Source: Felis catus (Eukaryota). From it: DNA of 64,000 bases. This document shows positions 1 to 10,117 of this stretch, one piece after another. The position numbers were made by a program, and so were the translations under genes. The stretch is taken from NCBI RefSeq assembly GCF_018350175.1, contig NC_058373.1, forward strand, positions 113,772,001 through 113,836,000. The letters run 5' to 3'. Within the stretch, counting starts at the first letter, position 1, and every line of letters starts with the position of its first letter. The notes under the pieces are model-generated. The model did not search any database. It saw only the letters and a program-made list of their open reading frames with translations, and was not told the DNA's origin.

Positions 1-1429
1 CTGCCCCAGCTTCCTTTCTCATTCGTTCAGAACACATTTATTGAGTACCTGTTGCGTGTTAGGCACTGTGCTAGGGCTGATGTTAGAAAAATTGGTCGTC
101 TCTACTCTCTGCTCTTGAGAACTTATGGTCCGGTGAGCTGTGCTGAAGAAGTGTTTTTCTGAGTGTTGATATGATTACTCACTGTTAATGTCATTTATGT
201 CAATAATGGCCTTAATAATCTATTTCTCTCCTTCTTCATTTGGCCAAATAAAACATAATATTTATCTCCTGCACAAACTATGATCAGCTCTTTTGTCCAC
301 CTGATCCCAGATGAGATAATGAAATGTACATAGCGGTACATGATGGACAGCCACAAATAAAATTCTTTCTTTAGATAGTCTTTCTGAATTGCTGGCAAAT
401 TTTAATTTTTAACATTGTGAATCTTAGCTATAGTAATTCAGATCTAATTTTCAGGTGGTCAAGCTGGGGTGATTGTTTTTAGTGTAGCCACAGGAAATCA
501 AAGCTGACAGCTGGGCTGCAGCTGTGTCCCGGCTGGGTCTGTTGAGCTGTGTGCAGAGGGAAAAGTGGTGGCAGCTCCCTGGGCTTCCCCGCTCCAGGAG
601 ATGGTCTTCTTTGGTCGTCCACAGCAATACCTGCCAGATGCTTTTGAAGCCAGTTCAATTAACACTCAGGAAGTGAGACTTCAGTAGGAAGGTATTAAGA
701 ATATAGTTCATGTTTAGTGGGTATGTCATCACCGCTTTCCCTTTACAAATTCAGTAAGCCCACTGCACAGAAAGCATATTTACCTTATATAATTAGGCAG
801 TATTTTACCTAAATTACAAAGACATGCTTTTAAATTTGGTTGTTTGAAAGTTCTCTAAATTCTCATAAGATTTTTGATCTATGATGTCTAAGTTTTGCTT
901 GAAAATATTTTATAGATTCTATTGGGTAGAATAGCATACTTATGTTTAAAATATAGTCAGCTGGTTTAATTTCACTAGAATTTGCATTAGCTACTTTTAA
1001 TGTTGTTGGAGGAAATCTATTATTTGTAAGTTAAATTAATCAACATTGTCCCTATTGTAAATGATACCATAATGAAAGCTGGAATCAAATGTATGCAATG
1101 CATAACAATGGGTGAGTACTATCCATTACATGTTAGGAACTGTACAAATCATTAAGAAACATTTAAGAATTGTACAAATCAATTAAAACCCATAAGAAAA
1201 ATAGGTGTGTGTTTTTGAACAAGTAGTTCATAGATGAAGAACTACAGTTTGCCAGTGATAACCTTGATACTACTTAAAGAAATGCAAATTTTAGTACATT
1301 CTACAGGAAGGCTCTTCCTAATGCATTAAGCTGTTAATAGAAAGGTGTGATTGATACTGAGACTAGTATAAATAAGAAAAGGTTCCTTCAGCTGGGTATT
1401 GTTGGGGTTTCTCTTGGAAGTGAGTGCAC

Positions 1430-1990
1430 ACTCGTACATATGAACAACTGCTTGCATCTAACACATTCATGTGGATCTCTGCAGCATGGATTTTAAAATT
1501 AGATCTGGTTCCTGTGAGAAAGCTTTATCACTTTCAAAAAGCAAATGGTTTTCTCTCATTGATTACACTAGGACTGATATCTGGCTGTCGATGTGACTAG
1601 ATGGAGCCCTTAGCACAGTCACTACATTGATAGACTTCTAAATATGAGTATTCAGACGTTTTTTCATATTTGACCTGTTAGTGAAGACCTCCCGATAATT
1701 AGTTCATATAGAGGTTTTTCTGCTGCATAAATTAACTGATGCACTTGAAGATGTGATTCCATAGCAAAAGATTTCCCAAGGATACTATTTCCATGAGGTT
1801 TCTCTGCAATATTAATTCTTCTGATGAGTAATCAACTCTGACTTCTAAAGGCCTGCCAACATTGAGTACAGACATAATTTCTCTCCAGTATGAATTTTCT
1901 GATACGAAAGGAGTCTTAAACTTTCCGTGAGTTTTTCCACATTCAGCACATGTACAGTTTTTATTTTGTGTGAACTCACTGATGCCCTAG
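1430..1990 (-). pseudogene. Highly degenerate C2H2 (Kruppel-type) zinc-finger array, about 6-7 fingers, with stops and frameshifts
   Basis: Manual minus-strand translation gives CAECGK (1950-1933), YQKIHTGEK (HTGEK at 1892-1878), CTQC (1870-1859), AEKPHGNSILGKSFAMESHLQVHQLIYAAEKP (1807-1712; EKP-to-EKP exactly 84 bp), YQCSDCAK (1632-1609) and RKPF (1554-1543). Confidence 0.8.
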
Positions 1991-2116
1991 GAGTTGTGGC
2001 ACTTATGGTTGTTTCCTATTTTATCCTACATACTTGTGATCATTATTAGTGACAGCTGTCCAGTCTCAAGTCCTAGTAAACCCTTTAGCCTCACTGAACA
2101 ACATGCATTGCACTAA

Positions 2117-2118
<2 letters not shown>

Positions 2119-2164
<46 letters not shown>
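2119..2164. repeat. (TA)n microsatellite
   Basis: Uninterrupted TA run of about 22 units. Confidence 0.97.
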
Positions 2165-2168
<4 letters not shown>

Positions 2169-4674
2169 CATAGAAGACAAAATAATTTTGTCTTCTATCT
2201 GAATCTGTGAAGGTGGAATTGAACTATTTTCTGTTAATAATAGGAATTGTTCCAAGTTACAATATTAGAAAACCATTTGTTTCACATTGACCCACGTATA
2301 CAGATTGCATACTGACTTACTATAATATTCATCCTTCATTTATGCAATCTGAGTGTAATTACAATCACAAAACAGTTACTTTTCTTATTTTCCATCTTAG
2401 TGTGAAAGTCACTCTTTCAATTGAAGCTTTTGTGGGCTATACACAGCATTTTGCCATTAAATTTATGTAGTAATATATGATGGTTTCTGTCTTATAGTTT
2501 ATAATGTATCAACATATAAAAATTATTACATCAAAGGTATTTGTTTTCTTAATCTTGTTACTCTCAATGTGATGAGGTTTTTAAACAAATCTTTTTTGGA
2601 GCATAGTTGACACACAGTATCAGGTATACAACAGGGATTCACCACAACTATAGCTACCATCTTTCATTTTGTGATGAGTTTTTTATTATCAGAATATAGG
2701 CTATGTATTTATCAAACTGTGTTTCTTTGTCATGGATTTAAAGTACAAGTAAAAATATTGGTGTTCCTTGAAGTCTTACATAATTCTTATTTTCATTGGA
2801 CATCAACTGATTTGTCAGAGTTAATTATTATTTACATGTAATTTTTTTTATAAGTACTATGTATTGAGTGCTTACTGTATATAACATACCGGGCAGGATA
2901 TTTCATGTACTGTCTCTTAGTAATTTTAGTATGACACTGTGTTTTCAAGTTGATGATAGTATCAGATGGGTTAAGACAGAGCATGAGTAGCAGTAAAGTG
3001 ATTCATTGAGGAAATGTGTAAAACTAGAGCAACAGGCTAAATTACTCAAATCTTGTTCAGACGTAAAATTTTCTTTTAGCCTTCATAGGATTCTGCCCTT
3101 TGAATAGTGAGAAAATATGGTCTTCTGTTTAAGCAGAGAATTTGAGATTCATTAGATTATGTTGTGAACTTTTAATTTTTACTATCTAACTCTGTAAGTC
3201 ATTACATTTCTGTTACAATCCCCAACTGGAAATGTTGAATGAATGTGCTTAACTATTACTAAGGTGCATTTTGTACATTCACAGGCTGAGAGCATCTGTG
3301 AATACTGCTTGGTTTTCGGTTAGTAGTGTTTGTTCATGGTTCTGCGTCCTATTGAATTGGGACTTTGCTTATATAAAGAAATGTCTATAAAGCCACAGGC
3401 AAGTAAAGTTGGAATTTCTTCCTTGGGGAAATCTGAAGTGTAGAGTTATAAGCAAATATTAAGGTTCAAAGTGGGCAATATAATGAGCACAGTCAAGGAA
3501 TTAGTAAGTACGTAGCACTTCATGTTTGCAAAATGTTTTATAGCCATATTCATTGATTTACATAAGTTCCCTGGAAGGTAACAATGTTATTACATCTGTT
3601 TTATAAGCAAGACGGGCAAAATGTAGGCAAATTAAGTGGCAAAAGAAGAGTGACAAAAATTAAGACGTTGATTCTAAGGTGTGGGCCTATAGCCTCTACC
3701 ACATTGGTTCATCAGGGAAATAAATAAAATGCTTCTGTTTTGTTATAGACTTGATATAGTGCCTGTTTGCATAATTGTTTATGTAATTTTATATATGATT
3801 TTCTTTTATTTTTTGGTTATGTGGCTTAAAGACCTTCCAACACAAATTCTAATGAATGAATATCCGAGCTTATTAACGCATGGATAGGTCCGGAGTTTTA
3901 AATTCTTCATAAAATACTGCATAAGTCACGACCAACAGATTGGTGAATATTTCCAGTGGATGCTCAGCATTGATGGAGAGAGAATACACAATGAGACCAA
4001 TAGAGGTGTGACTGGGAGAGCTGACCTTGTTGGCTACACACTGCCTGTTGGCTGCTCTCTCTGTCACTCTGTTTCTCTTTGTACTTTCCTACCGCCCCCC
4101 CCCCCCCAGCAAAGAATAGCAAATTTCTGCTAAAGAGTAATAAATTTGCTCACAACCTCAAAAAGGTAAAACAAGATCTTCCATAACAGAAGAGGTTTAA
4201 AAAATGATGTGGCTACTACATTAGAAAGCAGGAGACATGATAAATTATTGCATTCAATTAACTTTTACTTACTGAGTGCACAGAAACTGCTAAAACACCC
4301 TGAGGTGTGACCAGAAGGTAATGAAGAGTGATTTTTTGAAAATAAATATACCAAACTGCTGTTCTTCAATGTAGCCATTCTTTATACTAATCCAACAATG
4401 CTGTCATTGCAAAAAATATTTTTAGGATTTGTCCTTTTGAATTGCCTTTAGAGGCCATTTATGAACTGTAAGGGAAAACAGTCTCATATTTACTTAAAGT
4501 CATACCATGTTTTTTTAATCAGCTCCTCCTCTTGCAAAGAAACTTACTACCCAGAAAGATTACTGACCTTTTCACCAGCCTTTGTTCTGCACTAAATTTT
4601 TCTTTTGTTGTCATTCCGTTCTATACTTTAAAAAAAAAAAGAAAAGAAAGATTTGCCATCAACAAAGGTATTTA

Positions 4675-4990
4675 TTTTTTAACTTCTTATTTTGAAATAA
4701 TTTACACTTAAAAAAAGAGTGGTAAAAATAGTACAGAGAGTTACTGTATATCCTTCACCCAGCTTCTCTTAATGCAAACATCTAACTTAAGTTAGTACAG
4801 TTAGATACACAGTACAGGTATCAAGATCAATATCAACATCAATATTTGTTAATCTACGGACATTATTTAAATTTTTCTAGTTTTCCCTACTAATATTTTT
4901 TGTGCTTTAGGATGCAATCCAGGATCCCACACTACTTCATTTTGTTGTCGTGTGTCCTTGGTCTCTCCCAATTTGTGACAGTTCCCAATG
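4675..4990 (-). mobile_element. Old L1 (L1MC/L1MB-like) 3' UTR fragment
   Basis: ttattttgaaataatttacactta...aatagtacagagag...ccttcacccagcttc resembles recalled old eutherian L1 3' ends in antisense. Confidence 0.6.
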
Positions 4991-5038
4991 AGGACATTTA
5001 AAAAAAAAAGACCACATCCCACCTCCCTCCCCACCCTT

Positions 5039-5040
<2 letters not shown>

Positions 5041-5080
<40 letters not shown>
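5041..5080 (+). repeat. Pure poly(A)40 tract
   Basis: 40 consecutive A. Confidence 0.97.
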
Positions 5081-5082
<2 letters not shown>

Positions 5083-5266
5083 AAAGAGCCATAGACTCTG
5101 AATGTGATTCCCAAAATATCCATGTTGTCATTGTCTTGCCCATTCTTTTTTTTCCCCCTAGCTTTATTTTATAGTCTATAATACAGTAGAAGAGTTGATG
5201 GAACACCACTTTGTTCAAATTACTTGTCTATGTATTTGGGGTTTGTTTTTTTTCCTGTATTTGAGG

Positions 5267-5737
5267 TTTTTTTTTTAATTGGAGTATAATTAACATACAG
5301 CTTTATATTAGTTTCAGGTATACAACATATTGATGCAACAAGTCTATACACTACTCAGTTCTCACTGAGCTGTGTAGTCACCACCTTTCCCCATACAACA
5401 TTATTAAAATATTGTTGTCCCTATGCTGTACTTCTTATCTCCATGACTTTATTTGAATACTGGACATTTGTATCTCTTAATTTCCTTTATCTATTTTTCC
5501 CATCCTCCCCCCCTCACTTCCCCTCTGACATCCACCAGTTCTCTGTATTTATGAGTCTGTTTGTTTTGTTTCTTTGTTCATTTCCTTTGTTTTCGTTTGG
5601 TTTTTAAAAGGTTCCACATATAAATGAAATCATAAGGTATTTGTCTGACTTATTTCCCTTAGCATTTTACCCTTTAAATTCATCCATGTTGTTGCAGATG
5701 GCAAGATCCCACTCCTTTTATGGCTGAGTAATATTCC

Positions 5738-5783
<46 letters not shown>

Positions 5784-6105
5784 TGCACACACACATACAT
5801 ACCACATCTTTTTTTTTCCATTCATTTGTGGATGGACACTGGGTTGCTTCCACTGGGTTGGCTATTGTAAATAATGCTGCAGTAAACATAGGGATGCATA
5901 TATCTTTTAGAATTAGTGCTTTTGTATTCTTTAGGTAAATACCCAGTAGTGGAATTACTGGATCATATAGTATTTCTATTTTTAATTTTTTGAGGAACTT
6001 CCTCCCTGTTTTCCACAGTGCATGCACCAATTTACATTCCCACCAGTAGTGCAAGAGGGCACTTCTTTTCTCTGTGTCCTCACCAACATTTGTTATTTCT
6101 TATCT
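5267..6105 (-). mobile_element. 5'-truncated carnivore L1 (ORF2 C-terminus plus 3' UTR) with internal (TG)n
   Basis: ORF 5680-6054 reads [14 protein letters not shown]...[11 protein letters not shown], the L1 ORF2 C-terminal region. A T-tract at 5267 marks the tail, and (TG)n sits at ~5740-5779. Confidence 0.92.
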
Positions 6106-7021
6106 TTTTTATTCTGTCTTGTTTATTCTTTCATTTATTTGACTTGTTGTGACCCTACCATGTGCCTAATTTGTGCTGATTGCTGCAATAAAAAGAAGAG
6201 TAAGATATGCTTAGGCACAAAGGAGCTCAAAGTGCATGAAAGCAACAAAACTATCCATAAGCATGGTGCAGGTGTATATGGAGCTCAGGGAGTTTTTTCC
6301 CCGGTGCTGACAGTCTCTTGTATCTCTATCTACCTTCCATTTGTTCTGCCATCAGCTTAGTTCAGAGTCTCATTACCCAGAATGACTGCCTTATCTACAT
6401 TGCAGTCATTTCCTAACTGTTCTCACTACTTCTCTCTTCCCCCTTCCAACTCACCTAAATTACGTCTGTACATGTATTATCTCACTGTTCAATAACTCTT
6501 AGTAGCTCTCCCCAGTTAAATTTTTAATAATTTCCCAGGTTTTTAACTTGGCAGGTCCAATGTTTCTGTTAATCAGTAGGACTACTCTAATAGCTTTCTA
6601 CTTGGTTGCTGCATATCTGCTCTTGTACTCTCTATTGTTGGTAGTGTGATCTTTTGTAAAATGCAAACCTGATTACATCCTTCTTCTGCTTCACCCTTTC
6701 AGTGGCTTCCCATTGTCCTTATGAAACCATCCAAAATCTTCAGCAAGGCCTCTGAGGCCTTGTATGATTTGGCCATAATATTGCCTGTAGGGTTTTTGGA
6801 AGTATTAGATGAGTTAAAACTCATTAAAGTGCTTAGAAAACTGCCTGGAATGTAGTAAGCAGTTAATAAAAATACATACTCTTATTGAATTAAGAATTTT
6901 AGTCAAGAATTTGGTGAATTTTATAAAATGCCTTCTATCATGTCTATTATACGTGATATATGTAATATAGATTACCTCTTTTATATATATATATAATTTG
7001 CCTCTTTTGATGTTCTAATAT

Positions 7022-7090
7022 GATTTCTTAATATTGAATTATCAGATTTCTTAATATTGAATTATCAGATTTCTTAATATTGAATTATCC
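7022..7090. repeat. 23-bp tandem triplication (gatttcttaatattgaattatca)x3
   Basis: Copies at 7022, 7045 and 7068, identical except the last base. Confidence 0.95.
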
Positions 7091-7181
7091 TTATATTCCT
7101 ATATGAACCCCATTTGGTCATGGTGATTATTCTTTCAAGGTGCTACAAGGTGGATTCTTTTTCCTAATTTTATTAAAAATT

Positions 7182-7397
7182 AAAAAAAAATTTTTTTTAA
7201 CATTTATTTATTTTTGAGACAGAGACAGAGCATGAACGGGGGAGGGGCAGAGAGAGAGGGAGACACAGAATCAGAAGCAGGCTCCAGACTCTGAGCCATC
7301 AGCCCAGAGCCCGACGCGGGGCTCGAACTCACGGACCGCGAGATCGTGACCTGAGCTGAAGTCGGACGCTTAACCGACTGAGCCACCCAGGCACCCC
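7182..7397 (-). mobile_element. Can-SINE (young SINEC_Fc type)
   Basis: Minus strand reads ggggtgcctgggtggctcagtcggttaagcgtccgacttcagctcaggtcacgatctcgcggtccg..., followed by (CT)n and an A-tail; CpGs are retained. Confidence 0.97.
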
Positions 7398-7941
7398 TAA
7401 AATTTTGTATCTATAATGAGTGAGATATATCTGTAATATTCATATTTTTGTGCTAGTTCTTCATTATCTAGTCCTTCTATTAGATATCTTATTTCCCTTT
7501 TTTAGCACTATTTGCTACTGTAATTATTTGTGCAATTTGTTTGATGTCTTTTCCCTGTTAGAACATAAATACTATGAAGGCAAGAACCAAGTTTGCTTTG
7601 TTCACCATTGTATTTCCTAGCTCCCAGCACAATTCTAAGAGCACAGTAGGTGCTCACCAAATGTATATAAGTGGATGGATTAGTATTATTAAAGGCAATG
7701 AGCACATTTTTTTTCAGTGCTACAATTGACTTGAGCTCCTTCTAGTACAATAAGGGACTGTGTCAAAACTATAAGTGCTTTAAAGTTAACCAATTCCAAA
7801 CAGGGAAATTTTTAAAAATTGTGCCTCTTTTTTCCCCTTTCCTCATAAATACTTGAGATTTAAGAAAGAAGTGGAATAATTTTATAATAGAAGTTATTGT
7901 ATTGTTCCTTAAGCACTTCCAATTAGGTTATTTTTCTTATT

Positions 7942-8143
7942 AAAATTTTTTTTAATGTTTATTTATTTTTGAGGGAGATAGGCAGATCACGAGCAGGGGA
8001 GGAACACACAGAGAAAGGGAGACACAGAATCCAAAGCAGGCTCCAGGCTCTGAGCCCTATGTGGGGCTCGAACCCACGAACCAACGGGATCATGACCTGA
8101 GCCGAAGTCGGATGCCCAACTGACTGAGCCACCCAGGTGCCCC
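7942..8143 (-). mobile_element. Can-SINE (left member of tandem pair)
   Basis: tRNA-derived head ends at 8143, followed by CT-rich body and A-tail. Confidence 0.95.
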
Positions 8144-8150
8144 TCTTACT

Positions 8151-8384
8151 AAAAATTTTTTTTTAATGTTTATTCATTTTGAGAGAGAGACAGAGAGACA
8201 GAGAGAGTGAGTGAGTGAGTGGGAAAGGGGCAGAGAGAGGGAGAGGGAGACACAGAATCTGAAGCAGATTCCAGGCTCTGAACTATCAGCACAGAGCCTG
8301 AAGCAGGGCTCGAACCCACAGACCGCAAGATCATGACCTGAGCTGAAGTCCTGTGCTTAACTGACTGAGACACCCAGGTGCCCC
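8151..8384 (-). mobile_element. Can-SINE (right member of tandem pair)
   Basis: Head ends at 8384; atttttcttatt occurs at 7930-7941 and 8385-8396 and brackets the pair. Confidence 0.95.
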
Positions 8385-10060
8385 ATTTTTCTTATTTAAA
8401 TAGGAAACACTGAATTTACAAAGATAAATGTGTCAGAAGGCTGAAAAATAAAGCCCTTTGTCACTTGTTCTCAAGACTCTGACCATTTAGAACTTCGTAA
8501 CTTTTTGTTTTTCCTAACACTTAACTTTTTAAAGGAAATTTTGACTGAGATAATCCACCACTAGCAAAGTTCTTGTGAAAAAGGGGGATTGGCCCAGATC
8601 AATGTTTAGTTTTGTCGGAGGGCACTAACTAACCTATAAATTGTGTATTCTTAGGTCAATTCAGTACCTTTCATCCAGGTGACAGGGACATGGTGGTAGG
8701 ATCATATGATATAAACCATGGCTGCTACCCCTTAACAGGGTAAAATAACATCTCTTAGAGGAATATGGGTAGGCATGTGCCATAATACTTGTTTGCTACA
8801 ACTTCTTACTACTTTGAATTATTAGAAAAGTTTCATAAATGCTCTGGCTTTCAGTTTCTTCACTTTTAAAATAAAGCTAATAAAGAATACTTGCAAAGTT
8901 ACGGTAATGACTAGAGATAATATATGTGTAATGCCTGGTGCACAGGAGTACTCAATAAGTTATAGCTAGTGTTGTTAATCTATGAGATAATGTGTTCTAA
9001 TCTGGAACACAAAAGAAAAAACTCTAACTTCCAAGGGTTAAAGACATAATGACAAAACTCAGAGGCCTTAACTTTCTTATAACCTATTCTTTCCATTTTA
9101 AAGAAATGGTTATAGAGAATTCTACTTCTAGCAATCTGATAGAAGATGAGTACATTATACCTAAAAATTCTGGTTAAAATGTAAAATCTGTCTTTTTGAA
9201 GCATGGTTCATCTGGAGATAAAGTAAGAAAAGTAAGTGTTGGCCAGAAATCACTGAAAAAACAACATTTCTCAGAAGAAAAATATTTGGAAGGATTTTCC
9301 CCTGAGAGCAGCTGCCGGTCCTTGGTGAACTGGAGTCAGGGTTCTGATGGGCCCATGGCACACTCCGAGTTAAGGGGATAGAAGATAAAGCTGGAGCGTG
9401 AGCAGGATAAAAGAGTAAATGGGAGCCTCCTGCTTGTAGCTGAGACTCCAAAGGGTGATGACCAAAATGGGCAAACTAGGGAAAAGTGCCCCTGAAGTAG
9501 GAGACCTGCTCTTCTCAGCTATGGCTCTGGATGGATTGGGGGAAGAGGTGTGTGGGTGTGGGTGTGGGTGTGGAGGGGGGTCTCCCATTCATACATTCAT
9601 TCAACAAATATTTATCGAGTGCCTATTCTTTACTAGGCACCATTCTAGACACTGGGCAACAAAAATCTCTGCCCTCGTGAGAATTTCTATACAAAACTTG
9701 CCCAATGTGGGTTTAGGGCTAGACATTTAAACCATTTATATGGCCTAAAAACCTGCCAATTAAAAATTGATGTGAACAAGTACTGGTTTGGTGAGGTCCC
9801 TGGACTGGCAGTATTCACAAGCACCTGTACTGTGAATGCTAACTACATTCTAGGCACTGTTCTAAGCACTTTGTGAGTTCTAACTGGGTGTAATTCTTCC
9901 CAAAGCCTTATGAGGCAATAACATTGTCTTCCAAAACAAGGAGGTTAAGTAATTTATTTAATCAAGACAACACAGTTTGTCTGTAGAAGAATTTCATTCC
10001 AGTCTGTGCTTTTACCTACTACACTGTATTGTTTTTCATGCAAGGATACTTTTTTTTCCC

Positions 10061-10065
<5 letters not shown>

Positions 10066-10115
<50 letters not shown>
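10066..10115. repeat. (CA)n microsatellite
   Basis: About 25 CA units. Confidence 0.97.

Positions 10116-10117
<2 letters not shown>

Noticed and set aside
7022..7090. Short direct repeats (also 24326-24372) as a CRISPR array
   Set aside because: Mammalian DNA, the repeats are contiguous without unique spacers, and there are no cas genes.
7204..7386. Recurrent 'MAQSVKRPTSAQV...' ORFs (also at 8170, 31111, 36760, 38843, 59308) as a protein family
   Set aside because: These are translations of the Can-SINE consensus, not genes.
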